Assembly: GCA_020891255.1 (NCBI GenBank)
Contig: BQFW01000008.1
Span: 1,488,001-1,552,000, forward strand
Source: Entomortierella parvispora E1425
Taxonomy: Eukaryota > Fungi > Mortierellomycota
Length of the DNA: 64,000 nucleotides
Direction of reading: 5' to 3'
Made by a program: the position numbers and the translations under genes. The notes below the pieces were generated by a model, which searched no databases, was not told the origin of the DNA, and saw only the letters and a list, made by a program, of their open reading frames with translations. Of the stretch, positions 49,729-61,395 are shown piece after piece (position 1 is the first letter of the stretch; each line of letters opens with the position of its first letter).

Positions 49729-51171
49729 CATGGAGATCTAGACAAAAAAGAAAAAAAAATGCCCGCGCTTTTTTCTCCTCGTTTTGAATTTGTATAGACC
49801 GATACCCCTCTTCCTCGTCGTATGGCTGTGTACGAGAAACAGAGCTCTCTGGCTCCTCTCTCTCCCCCGCTTCATCATTCCCCCACATCTTCCCGAAAAG
49901 AAATACAAACTGTCGTACGCTCTTTGATATACCAGATGTGTTTGACCCAATAATGAGTTGTGTAACTACGTTGAAAAAGTTGATCGAATGCGGGGAACAC
50001 AGATAATGTATATAGCCTGTGGCCATTCCTCTTTCGCCCAAATGTGAAGTGTGGCATCCTTCGTTTTCCTTTGCAGAGGAAAAAAAGAGTCCAGCTGCCC
50101 GCCACCATAGCCTAGGGTGACTGACTGTCTAGACATGAATATTCGCGCAAGCCAAAGTCTGCAGACTCTGGTTCACTTGTTGTTCCCCCGTCCAGTTTTT
50201 CCTCGTACAGAAAGTACATAGGATGAACAATGGCTAATCCTGTGATCTGCCAATTTTATCCAGGGGCGGGCGGAGGCTCCAGCTGGTCGTGTGGGCTTAA
50301 ACTCTCATGGATTACAAAAAACTTTTGACGAATAACGAGCGACGGCGAACAGCTGAGTCAGGGCAAAGTGGATCAGGGCACAGAGGGCCAGCAGGGCAAC
50401 GGTTGAGGGGCTGGACAGAACCAACCATATTTGTAAATGGAGGCAAAGAAAAATAGCCAGCCAACCGTACACAACTATCGAGCCCAAGATACCTTCTCCG
50501 TACGCAGCCACAGCCTCCTTCTCGACCGGAGCTTGCGCTGCGAGACAGGGGCAAAGACAAAGAGAAAATAAGACAGGGGCATCGATCTGACGTCCATTGG
50601 CACAGGCACAGAAGGAATATAAATCCGAAACCGCAACAACCTTTCGTCAAATCACCGCACGGCTTCACTTTGAGTTTGGTCCAGGGGCGCTGTCCAGTGG
50701 CCCTGGGGCTCTTGCGGGGATTGGCTGGTAGGGGCCCCTTGTCTTGCTGCACTTCTCAAAATGGCGCAGATTTATCGATGGCTGTGCCTGTTTTGCCTGT
50801 TCTGCCTGTTCCTGTGCCATGCGACGACAGCTTTCCCGCCCTTTTCAGTTCAAGGTTAATTCGCTAAATTGTCCACTTTCCTTTATGATTTGGCGCAGCA
50901 GCAGACAGAACTTTCCTCCATGACCAATGGAGAGCCCAAGAACTGAGGTCTTTTCATCGATACACCAGTAGCGAGGCTGGGTTTCGATTCAAAGATACTT
51001 CCTTCGCACATGGAAAAAATAAGAATGCACGGGGCATCCTTCCTTTTCATTTTACGGTACTTGTACCTTTGATGAGTTAGGATCAGGGCCTACATTCTCG
51101 TAGCTACATAGTTCAAGTCCAGACCCATCGTCCTTTATCCGAAGACAGGGTCCTTTAGCTGTCCGAAAAGG

Positions 51172-51178
51172 TATAAAA
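51172..51178 (+). promoter_or_regulatory. TATA box of the RlpA-like gene
   Basis: TATAAAA 129 nt before the ATG, followed by a CT/CA-rich leader. Confidence 0.6.
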
Positions 51179-51300
51179 CCCTCGTCCTCATCCCCTACTT
51201 TTTTTTCTTCTCTACACCTCACTCATCATCAACACTTGCAAACGCAAACACACTCTCTTAACACACTCTCTTAACACTCTCAACCAACCTTTTACCAATC

Positions 51301-51735
51301 ATGACCGCCTTCTGCAAGCTCGCTCTCATTGCCACCGCCACCTTGGCTGCCATGGTCTCTGCCGCTCCCGTCGCCACCACCACCGTCCGTCAGACTTCTG
51401 CCACTCCTGTCTCGCTCGCTGCCTCATCTTCCCAAGACAATGGCCCCTTCTCTGGCCGCGGTACCTGGTTCACTGATTCCGTCGGAAGCTGTGGAACTCC
51501 CTTCGACACCAACGATATGATCGTCGCCATGAACGGTGAACAGATGGGTGACAACACCCAATGTGGTCGTACCGTCCAAATCACCTCCAACGGCAAGACC
51601 GTCAAGGCAACTGTGGTCGATACCTGCCCCTCCGAGTACTGCGCCACTGGTGCCCTCGATCTCTCTCAGGCTGTCTTCGAGCAGCTTGCTCCTTTGTCCG
51701 TCGGTGTCATCCAGATCGAGTGGTCCTTTGTCTAA
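51301..51735 (+). CDS. Secreted RlpA-like double-psi beta-barrel protein (expansin/loosenin-like), intronless
   Basis: Signal peptide, Thr/Ser linker, then GRGTWF...GSCG...IVAMN...CGRTVQIT...ATVVDTCP...C...ALDLSQAVFEQLA. Confidence 0.9.
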   Translation: MTAFCKLALIATATLAAMVSAAPVATTTVRQTSATPVSLAASSSQDNGPFSGRGTWFTDSVGSCGTPFDTNDMIVAMNGEQMGDNTQCGRTVQITSNGKTVKATVVDTCPSEYCATGALDLSQAVFEQLAPLSVGVIQIEWSFV

Positions 51736-52001
51736 ACAAGCAAAACAAGCCCTTTCAATCTTTGTTCACCTTCTGTATTTTTCAAAATTTTATAACATAT
51801 CTGTAAATCATTCCCCCCCCCCCCCACGCTCATTCATTTCCATGTTGATCATGGACAAAATAAAATAGAAAGACCAGGCTGGTTCTGGTTCTGAGATCCC
51901 TTCACAAAAAAATCCAAGAAAAGATGTCGTATATTTATTTTGCTGCTGGTATAAAAATAAGAATGAGCTTTGGATGTCAAAGAGAAAGGGTACAGCTTAA
52001 G

Positions 52002-53621
52002 TTATTCTATCACGTAAAAACATTCTTTCCCTTGCCCTGCTGGAATTGTAGGGTCGTTGAGTGGGGTGTTCAAGAGAAAGAAAGGAGACAGCTCCGAAAA
52101 GGAAGAAGAGGCGCTTGAGGACAAAGAAGAGCAATAGGGCAGAGTCGGAGACTGGACCGTTCCGTTCTCCATCATGATACCATTCGAAAGAGGACCTGAT
52201 GTCCAAACGGGGACTGCCAGAGTCGTCAAAGAGGGTGGGAGAGACGACAGAGCTGCAGTGACAGGTTGGAAGGAGTAAGCAGGCATTGCGTACTCTGAAG
52301 AAGCAATGGACGGATGACTTGGAGTTGGGCCAGGACAACTTTCGAATGCTTTAGCAATGTAGGTTTGACTTGAGACGGATTGAGTCGGTGGGGTGCCTTC
52401 AAACTGGGAGGGAGTCTCCCAACTTAAATTAAGGACGCCACCATCCGCCAACGACTGAGATAGAGTAAAAGAGGGTAGTGAGGATGACTGTATTAAAGGA
52501 GGGCAGGGACGTTGAGGAGAACCTTCGCTTGGGTACAAGAATGAATACATGGTCGGGATTTGCATGGATGGAGGCTGTGACTCGAGGGTGCAAATGTTAT
52601 CAGACGCGAGAGGATCGGAGGGAATAAGGGAAGCTGGGGTATTGTACAAAGGGAGAAAAGGAATTTGTCCAGGTGTTGCAAATGGATCAAAGAAGAGAGA
52701 GCTGGGGAAGTGGGAAGTAGGCATCGAAGTGTATGTGGGAGTGGGAGTGGGGGGAGAATAAATGGGAGGCGCGACACGTTGCTCTGAAGGTAAGAGCTGA
52801 GTCTGAGCCTCTCCATGATGCAGTAGGACTGGCAAGGGTAGGCCATCCTTTTCAACCACCGCTGGGTATGCGGCTAGAGTTGAGGGGGCTGGTTGGGAAA
52901 ATGGGTTGCTGTGCATTGGTGAGATTGAAGTTGAGGTTGTGGAGGCAAAGTAGCCCCCAGCGAACCCAGCGGCAGTGGCCTTTCTAGCAGCCTGCATCTG
53001 AGCTTTCTTGCCTGTGCCCCGTCTCGCCGGCATGAACTTGTACTCTGGATACCGTCGAGCGTGTTCTTCTTGGGCCAGCCGGGCCAATCTTGCAAAATGA
53101 GCTTTTCGCTCTTCGGGTTCAGCCTCCCACTTCTTGCCCAGGATCATGGAGAGCTGTGAGGCCATCAAGCCTCGATGCAAAGCGGCCTGTTCTCTTCGAT
53201 AGATCATAAAAGAGTTGGGTGGGCGAGGGATCTTTTTAGGTGTATCGATTTTTGTCGAATCAATTGTTGTTTGTTTCCTTGATGTGTTTGGGATTTTGTA
53301 TGACGTGGATCGAGGTGTGGAGGGCGAGAGAGGCGATGAAAGCCCTCGGTGCTGTTGGAAAGTGGAGGGTGGTATCGACGAATACCGTTTTCGCTGCTGC
53401 GAAAAGTCAGAGCCAATACTAACAGGCAACGCGGGAAGGGTCTTGTTGCTGTTGAATTGTGACAGAGGAAGGCTGGAGGTCGAGGAGGCGGGTGATGATG
53501 CGAGAGACGACATGTCGTAGGAATTGGCTGAGCAAATTGAGGACAAAGACGAGTTTGAGGCTGTGAACAAAGATCCTGAACCGTGAATCGGGTACTGGGC
53601 CCTGACATTCGCATGGGCCAT
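52002..53621 (-). CDS. Sequence-specific HMG-box (MATA_HMG/Rox1-like) transcription factor, intronless
   Basis: KIPRPPNSFMIYRRE...SQLSMILGKKWEAEPEERKAHFARLARLAQEEHARRYPEYKFMPARR. First ATG is at 53621; flanks are Ser/Pro-rich. Confidence 0.85.
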   Translation of the reverse strand: MAHANVRAQYPIHGSGSLFTASNSSLSSICSANSYDMSSLASSPASSTSSLPLSQFNSNKTLPALPVSIGSDFSQQRKRYSSIPPSTFQQHRGLSSPLSPSTPRSTSYKIPNTSRKQTTIDSTKIDTPKKIPRPPNSFMIYRREQAALHRGLMASQLSMILGKKWEAEPEERKAHFARLARLAQEEHARRYPEYKFMPARRGTGKKAQMQAARKATAAGFAGGYFASTTSTSISPMHSNPFSQPAPSTLAAYPAVVEKDGLPLPVLLHHGEAQTQLLPSEQRVAPPIYSPPTPTPTYTSMPTSHFPSSLFFDPFATPGQIPFLPLYNTPASLIPSDPLASDNICTLESQPPSMQIPTMYSFLYPSEGSPQRPCPPLIQSSSLPSFTLSQSLADGGVLNLSWETPSQFEGTPPTQSVSSQTYIAKAFESCPGPTPSHPSIASSEYAMPAYSFQPVTAALSSLPPSLTTLAVPVWTSGPLSNGIMMENGTVQSPTLPYCSSLSSSASSSFSELSPFFLLNTPLNDPTIPAGQGKECFYVIE

Positions 53622-55840
53622 TTGTTTCGTTGAAGAGCAACACTCGGTTGCGAGCAGAGTGGGGAAGAAGATAAATGTGCTTCTGTGATCGTTTGAAGTG
53701 CGGTTATGGCGGGCAGAGAATGCGAAAAGATCTGGTAAGGGACGCGACAAGGTGAGTAAAAAATGAAGGGTTGCAGTGTGAGAGATCAAGCTGGACGGTG
53801 AAAGTATAGGGGGCAGCAAAGAAATGTAGGAAGAAAAAAAGAAAAAGTGGATGAAGGGAGATGCTCCTACCTTAAATAGCCTTGTACCAGTTGATGTTCA
53901 TTGAATTACACTGCTGTGCTCTCGTTCGGTAGTTTCCTCAGGCTCGCCATGGGTTCATAAGTGCATACGCATGAATGAAATCTGAATTTGCGTGCAAGAG
54001 GTCCACGAGGGTAATGTGGATCAGGGAGGATCGAGTTCTGTGCCAACTGAGCAAGATAAGGCGCAATGTCAAAACACGGAAGAATGATATTCTTTGGAGA
54101 GGAATTGAATGGACGAGAAAAGATGAGAGCTCTGCGAAAGAGACGCGCTATGTAAACAAGAAAAAATGCAAGTCTTCGGTGCGCACATCAGATCCTGCCA
54201 TTTCGCCGCCACTGTGTTCAAATGAGAAGGAGGGGCGGGAGAGTGTGTAGGAACACAAGCCATTGTCAACAAACAAGAAAAGCCAGCCGCATCCCCAACC
54301 GCCTCTCTCTCTTAGTTGCCCTGTCCTTGCACCCACTTGGTCCCATGATTTCCCCAATCGCAGCAAATATTGCAAGATAGGACAGTCATCACCGTCCTTC
54401 AATAACTCCTTCTTGGATGCTCCAATTAGACTGAAAATGTCAACACCACAAGATCCACATTGTCACGTTGACTCTCTGCCTTCTCAAAAAAAGTCCGAGC
54501 GACACTAAGCAAAGATAGATATGGAATGAATGTTCCTATCCTGTTGCCAAAGGTATGCATGCATGATGCAGAGCGTGGAAAATGATGGCAGGCACGCGTG
54601 CCCCGCCTCCACAAAAATTCCTTGGGCCGGGAACTCAACGCCTCCTCCCGTTTGCACAGAGCAGTATTGAGTGAATAGAATAGCAACCTTCCAACCTTCT
54701 TCCCTCCAAAAAAGGATGGGGGGGGGGGGAATATCAAGTAAAAAACCAAAGAAAAAAATAATAATGAAATGCAGAATGAGGAAAGGTGCTCGGACTCTTT
54801 TCTTTTCGAGGTCCGCCACTCTGCGTCCAATGTTGTTCAGTCTTTGTCTTTGTCCTTGAGCTGGGATCTATATAGGCGAAGGTTGAGGGGACTGCTAGGG
54901 TGGAAGGTAGGAATTTCAATCTGGATCCGAAATAGACAAAATCTATGTCACCAGCCAGCCTTTAACTCCTAGCACTAATCATTAATGTACTGCGACAACA
55001 AGGACCAGAGGTGAAGGCGACGTGATAATGGCAAGGTACAACAAAAGGTCGACATTGATCCCAGAAAGGCAAAGTTCAGGAAGAATAACTTGGCGTCGAA
55101 CGAACTGGACAGAAAACCAAAAACGTGCCCATGAATGGACCGACGAAGTCTTTCTTTTTGGAGGTGGACCAACCACATTCAATTATTACGCTTGAGCGAT
55201 TGAAGGCAACCATGCCTCCTCACAGACCCTCGTTTCAAACCGATGGCATCCAAAAAAACAAAAAAAAAAAAAAAAGTCTGGATGGAGAGGAGAGCAGGAG
55301 GCTCCCAAGTAATGAGTCGAAAGCAAACATGGACAGCATGGAAAAAGAAAAAGAGAAAAAGAATGAAGAATGAGGCCAACATGCAAACAAGGCAGAAGTA
55401 TCAACAAAAGCTCGAGTTTTTCTCAATGCAAAGAGCGGGATCGGCAACGTGCTGGCGGTCAGTGGCACTGTAATCTCTTTGATGGCCCGATTTGGATAGT
55501 GCTCTGTTGAACACAAGTCTTGATGGTTGCACAGCGTGCAAGGCAAAGTATGTTAGTTTGGGGGGATTCGGTTGAAAGGGCGAAAAAAAAGGGATCTAGA
55601 CTTTGAGATATGAGGCGTCTCGCTGGATCGCGCTCGGGGGAGGGTTTGAGATTTGGCCATGAAGGTTGGGTCCACAGCAGAAGGCGGGCGAGGGGAGGCA
55701 AAGCAATGAATGGACAGGCACAATCGCGACTGAAGCAAAAAAAACAGGCGAAGATAGGCAATGCATACCCTTAAGATGATATCAGTCTCGTGACGAATCG
55801 CAAAGGAGATTTTTCTTTTTTTCTCATGTCTTGCTCTTCT

Positions 55841-55847
55841 TGAGTCA
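55841..55847. promoter_or_regulatory. Gcn4/CPC-1 (AP-1-type) binding site upstream of CPA1
   Basis: Perfect TGAGTCA about 250 nt before the uORF ATG, plus a partial TGAGTC at 55313-55318. Fungal CPA1/arg-2 genes are known Gcn4/CPC-1 targets. Confidence 0.6.
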
Positions 55848-56093
55848 CTTCGAGACACGAGGGGCAAAGAGGGTTCAAGATAACATGTTCTGAAATCTAG
55901 AGCAAAGGCTTTGGTCGAGTGGTGTTGTGTGGTGCAATAAAAGGCGCTACCCGTCTCCTTCTTTTCACTCTTTTCTTCTTCTTCAACTACACCCGCACCC
56001 GCACTCTCTCTCACCAACTCATCAAAAGCTGACCAGCTCGCTGCCCTAGGCACCCTCAACTCCACTCTCTTCTGCACCCCGGTACACCTTTCC

Positions 56094-56406
56094 ATGTACT
56101 CCCACTCGCAAGAAAAGAACTCTGCCGATTACATCTCTGACCAAGGTAAGCTTGCCGTCTCTTCTCCCCCTGCACTTCCTCTCTGATGGGTTCTTGGTTG
56201 TCTTTGTAGACCTGGCTTCTCGTTCGAACCAATGTGAAATTGGATGAATGGCGTTCACTAACCTGATCTTCCTCCCTTTTCCTCTCTTTCTTCTATTGCT
56301 GTCCTGTTTGTCGCTTCTCCCTGCCTTTCAATTGCAATCATGAATCCTTCAATTGTTGCCAAAAACGATAACAGTCTGGAAGAACGCCAATCCAAACAGC
56401 CTCTAA
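56094..56406 (+). CDS. Arginine attenuator peptide uORF (27 aa), spliced: exon 56094-56145, intron 56146-56374, exon 56375-56406
   Basis: Spliced translation is MYSHSQEKNSADYISDQVWKNANPNSL; D12, Y13, S15, D16 and W19 align with Neurospora AAP DYLSDHLW. Donor is AAG/GTAAG, branch CACTAAC near 56256-56262, and the first downstream AG is at 56373-56374. It lies upstream of CPA1. Confidence 0.88.
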
Positions 56407-56826
56407 AGCATACACACCGCAACTACCACCACATCACCCGCTACTTCTCCAACTCCTCCTTTGCTAAATCTCCGTTTGAAGCTCGTCCCCGCGACCTTCA
56501 CCTCGTCTCTCCTCTCTTTCTCAACACCCTTCCTTTTTTAAACACTTTTTTTTCTCTTTGATAAGAGTCGCCCTATTTTCCTCACCCCGTTCTATCCTCT
56601 CGCACTCTTGCTTGCTGCTTTCCACCAGTTCTTCCACGACAGCCGTCCGAAGTAATCGAAAGAAACCCAACCGAAAAAAAGATATTATCCATCAGCTTTT
56701 TAGCAGTCACCTACCCCACACCGCCACGCGATTCGATCATCTCTCCATCGTCCGATCCAGTCAGAAAGGATATATCCAAATCAAATCAAGCAAAACTATT
56801 CAACAAAAAAACAACTAGCAAACACC

Positions 56827-58218
56827 ATGTCCCTCCTCCGCCCTGCCCTCATCTCGCGTGCTATGGCCGTCAAGTCCTTGACTCGCCCCACTGCCCGCCT
56901 TGCCTACACGCACGTCCGAGCCCTGGCCACCGTCGCTGATACTGTCTTCCCTGCCAACAAGGCTGCCCCCAAGCCTGCGCACTCTGCTCCTTACCAGTTC
57001 GATGCCTCGGCCCCTAAGGCCACGCCTGCTGCCTTGAAGCTCAAGTCTGGACACGTCTTCACCGGAACCTCCTTTGGAGCCCAGAACTCTTCCTTTGGCG
57101 AGGCTGTGTTCACAACCTCCTTGGTCGGTTATCCCGAGTCCATGACTGATCCTTCGTACCGCGGTCAGATCTTGGTCTTTACCCAGCCCCTGATTGGAAA
57201 CTATGGAGTCCCTTCTCAGGAAAAGGATCAATTTGGATTGCTCAAGTACTTCGAGTCCAACAAGATCCAGTGCCAGGGAATCGTTGTCAACGACTACGCG
57301 ACAAAGTACTCTCACTGGACTGCCGTCGAATCCTTGGGAGAGTGGTGCGCTCGTGAGGGCATTCCCGCCATTTCAGGAGTCGACACCCGTGCCATCGTCC
57401 ACCTGCTTCGTGACCAAGGATCGACTCTTGCAAAGCTGGAAGTCGGCGAGGAAGTTCTGGAGAACAAGGAGGTCGTGGAATTCCCCAACCCCAACGAGCG
57501 CAACTTGGTCTCAGAGGCTAGCACCAAGGAAATCTATGAGCTGAACCCCATGGGCGACGTCAAAATTGCCTTGATCGACTGCGGTGTCAAGGAGAACATC
57601 TTGCGCTGCTTAGTCGCTCGTGGAGCCGCTGTCACTGTCTTCCCCTGGAACCACGACTTCAACAAGGACATGGATCAGTTTGACGGCCTTTTCATTTCCA
57701 ACGGACCTGGAGACCCACGCGCCGCCATGCCCACTGTCAACAACTTGGCCACTGCCTTCAAGAACCCCAACCCCAAGCCCATCTTTGGCATCTGCATGGG
57801 CAACCAGCTGATGGGCATGGCCGCGGGATTGGGCGTGTACAAGCTTCAGTTCGGAAACCGAGGACACAATCAGCCTGCAATCAACATGCAGAATGGACGC
57901 TGCAGCATCACCTCCCAGAACCATGGCTACGCTCTCGAGGATTCAGTCCTGACTCCCGGAAAAGGCTTGAACGGCTGGGAAAAGTACTTTGTGAACGCCA
58001 ACGATGGCTCGAACGAAGGCATCCGTCACCTCACCAAGCCCTTCTCCTCGGTTCAGTTCCATCCCGAGGCCAAGGGAGGTCCCCAGGATACGGAGTACCT
58101 CTTTGACGATTTCTTGAACCTCGCTCGTGCTGAGAAGGTCAAGATGTCGTCCAAGCCCTTCTACACCACCGAGTCTTTGATCAAGGAGGTTCCCAAGCCA
58201 GTGGAGGTTGTGGCCTAG
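56827..58218 (+). CDS. CPA1: Arginine-specific carbamoyl-phosphate synthase small (glutaminase) subunit, with mitochondrial presequence
   Basis: [36 protein letters not shown], nucleophile GICMGNQ, SQNHGYA and SVQFHPE. The N-terminus is Arg/Ser/Ala-rich, as in Neurospora arg-2. Confidence 0.96.
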   Translation: MSLLRPALISRAMAVKSLTRPTARLAYTHVRALATVADTVFPANKAAPKPAHSAPYQFDASAPKATPAALKLKSGHVFTGTSFGAQNSSFGEAVFTTSLVGYPESMTDPSYRGQILVFTQPLIGNYGVPSQEKDQFGLLKYFESNKIQCQGIVVNDYATKYSHWTAVESLGEWCAREGIPAISGVDTRAIVHLLRDQGSTLAKLEVGEEVLENKEVVEFPNPNERNLVSEASTKEIYELNPMGDVKIALIDCGVKENILRCLVARGAAVTVFPWNHDFNKDMDQFDGLFISNGPGDPRAAMPTVNNLATAFKNPNPKPIFGICMGNQLMGMAAGLGVYKLQFGNRGHNQPAINMQNGRCSITSQNHGYALEDSVLTPGKGLNGWEKYFVNANDGSNEGIRHLTKPFSSVQFHPEAKGGPQDTEYLFDDFLNLARAEKVKMSSKPFYTTESLIKEVPKPVEVVA

Positions 58219-61200
58219 ATTGCGTATCTTGTGCCTATTCATTTCGCAATTCAAACCCGCTCCATATCCACGTTGTTTGCTTGTCATTTTATTTTTCATT
58301 CTTTGCTTCATTTGTTATATCTTTTTCTTTCTTTCTTTCTTCGATATTTGATTTGATCCAAACGTCGTGGGGTGAACTGTGTAGACGACCAACTATCCTT
58401 TTCTAGCCTGATTTTTGATATCACATTCTTTTTCATTTCATTTTCTTTACATTTACATTTCTGCTGGAGAGTGGACTGCACACCAGAGTCGTCTCGAGGA
58501 GAACAAGACGTGACGGAGAAAAGGACGCGACCAATATTATGGAGAGCCAAAAGTGCGTTAAAAAAAGGGATATATTAGAGAAGAAGCAGAACGAGGTGTA
58601 GGAAAGTGTTGGACAAAAGTTCAAAAGGAAAGGAATCAATCGAGGAGAAAAAGGAAGTGGAGGCATCCCGACCAACCTGTTGCATCCATTTAGCCCTCTT
58701 TTCTTCGAATCCGATCCAGTTGTTTATAACTTTCCCCTTCCCTCTTCCAACCCTTGTTAATATTCTTCACCTTTTTTTTTTTTTTTTTTTATTACAAAAA
58801 ACTCGCACTCACTTTTCATAGTAGTTTTTTTTCTTCTTTCTATTCTTTAACATCTCGCCACATCTATTGTCAGTGTCACCAACCAAAAAAAACCCCCCGC
58901 ATTGTCTCTGACACCAAAAACATGAATAAAATCCTCACTTTTGTGCGCAATTTTAGCTGTGCTGCGCGGATGCTTGAAGGTCAGAATGCTTCCTTCCTTC
59001 TTGCGACCCTGGCCCTTGTTTCGAACTGTGAGGGTGGGAAAAACAGAAGCAGCGTGAGATTTAAGGCGCTCAAAAGTCCGCGACCAATGTTTCATACCCA
59101 GGTTCTGAATCCAGGGTCAAAGAAAAAACAGAAGGAAGGGCGAAGGATGCTCCGTGGGCAAGGATCGACCGGTGGAACAATGCACCGTGACGGGCTGGAC
59201 AAATTCTATTCTCGATCGATCCTTCTCGCGATGTGTGGTCAGTGTCCTGCCTGATGGCTGAGCATGCGACTGTCCACTTCTCACCGGGCGTAGTCCATGA
59301 TCGACTTCCTGCTGACGCCATCCATCCATCTGCCCTTCGGACATTCTCGGGTTCAAGACTGCTTTTTCTGCAACAAGGTTTCCTACTTGTTCCTTGCACA
59401 TGCCACCTCGGACGGATACATGTGCAAAGGCACTCAAGCAAAGTGCGAACAACGCCGACAACGATGGTGCAAACGTCGCCGCCGACTGCTCTCCAAGGGC
59501 CAGGGCACCCCGACCAACTCGAGGCTGACCTACAGCTAATTTTGTATGTCATTATTCTGACCTTTGGCAAACCGAGGTGCTTATTTCTCTGTGCTACCTT
59601 GGAGTGGTCAAAACGATTTCCGCTTGCATGTCATTGCAGTTGGTCTGACGTCTGTTGACCTTTACTCCCAACAACTCACCCGCAATCCTCCAGTCCTTGA
59701 CCATGTTCTATGCTCCAGTTCTTGGGCCCCCTCTCCCCCCGGCGACCCTGGTGTTTCCCCCACGAATTTTTTTTCGCTTCCCACTTCTCCCCGCTTCACT
59801 CCCCCTCAAGTCTTCGCGTTTCCTTCTTTGGAAATGCCAACAAGGTTTGTTGTGTGGGGACAAGAGCGGCTGGCCCGATTTTTATTTTTGGGCAGAGAAT
59901 TTCCCCAAGGTCCAAACTCCGGCCTGGAATAAAACATTGTAGGCCCATGTTCGACAATACAACGAGGCGGACGGACCAATGGGCGAGACCTTTGAAGAGT
60001 CACCAAGAATCATTGGACTGGATGAGTGGAGACAGGCGCGCATCTCCACTCCTTCATGAATGAGGTGCTTGCTGGGGCTGGGATTCTTCAGCCGTTCAGC
60101 ACGTTCAAGTTCTCTTCCGACAATTGCACTGCTGTGTGAAGATGTGATTCATCCGAGCTATTGTGTGCCAGTCTATTCTTTACTTCTCCCCTCTTGTTCA
60201 GTTCACAGGAAGCCCCCTAACTACTCAATGGGGCCGGGGTTGTGTTAGGTGGTAGATGCGCCTTTCTTTCTGTGAGCTAGGCTGAGGTAGCCCCAATTCA
60301 TAGTCCTCAATTGAACATGCTACTCATACCATTTTCATGAGTGCCGGCACTCAAAACAGAAAAAGGGGAAAAAAATTGACACTCCTACCCGTGGATGTTT
60401 GGTCCATCCCAACGTTCGCACGAATCCGAACTTCCCTTCTGCCGTTGTGTGCGACGACCCTTTTTTGTTGCTCCTCTCCACAGCAGGAAGGGGTTGCTCG
60501 CACAAGGCACCCCCGCCTTTATTATTTTTCTTGCTCCTGCAAAGGTGATCTTAATATATCACCGTGTGCCCTGCAGCCCCTTCCTTCCTCTCCTTTTTGT
60601 TCTTCGGGGCAACTCGTCGAGAGGACTTTTGGTTGACTCTCGGGGGTCCTCTTTCATCAATGGGTGAAAACGGGTCGAAAAAAGGTCTTACATCCCGCAT
60701 TACTGCCCTGTTACGCAATATTCTTGAAAGTTGTTGGGTTCGCACAGCGGAGACAAGGTTGGGACTCCAGAGGCCATTTCATCCTTGAACACCCGCTAAT
60801 GACCAAGCGTATTGGTGTGTGTCTTCAATGCCTCCAACAGTTATTCCCTCAAGCCTGCAGACCCAAAAAAAGACATCCCATGAGTGAAATGAGTGCCTGG
60901 GACTGAAGGGAGGAACAAGTAGACCAGAGAAGAAGATGTGAGTCGTTCAATGAGAAGCGGAATCCGTGGAAGAGGAACGAAATTAGAGTTGGCGAGTATT
61001 CAATGGCTGGACAATTCAAAAAGGTCGGTTTTCATACCCCGGACACAATGTTCTTGACCTCTTTTAGGTTGCAAAAAAAAAGAGAAAAAAGCGGAGGAGG
61101 GGAATCATCCGGTGCAAACAGAAGATGAACCAAAATAGAGTCATTTGGGCTATTGAATGCAAACACAATAAGCTGCACCGTGCCTCTGGCTTTTGCAACG

Positions 61201-61278
61201 TATTCACCTTCAATGAACACGCACCTCCAAGCCCGTGGGCCGGGATCCTCCTCCTCATCTTTCCGGCTCAAGTCATTG

Positions 61279-61285
61279 TATAAAA
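61279..61285 (+). promoter_or_regulatory. TATA box of PCK1
   Basis: TATAAAA 117 nt before the ATG, followed by a CT-rich leader. Confidence 0.6.
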
Positions 61286-61395
61286 GAGACAGGGCATTCT
61301 CACTCCTCCCCTCTTCTTTGACTTACTTTTCATCCACACAAACCCACCCCACTCTCCCCTCTCCCCTCTCCCTCACACACACGTACTCATCCAAG

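Noticed and set aside
49726-49760. Cryptic peroxisomal targeting by stop-codon read-through at the dehydrogenase, PCK1 or IDH1
   Set aside because: The stops are TAA without the TGA-CTA read-through context, and the extensions do not end in a PTS1.
52002-53621. Calling the HMG gene a sexM/sexP mating-type locus
   Set aside because: None of the usual flanking genes (triose-phosphate transporter, RNA helicase) are present; kept only as a hypothesis.
56244-56260. ATG AAT GGC GTT CAC TAA (MNGVH), resembling the Neurospora AAP start MNG
   Set aside because: It is only 5 codons, lies inside the predicted intron and overlaps the branch site; the real AAP motif is in the spliced uORF.
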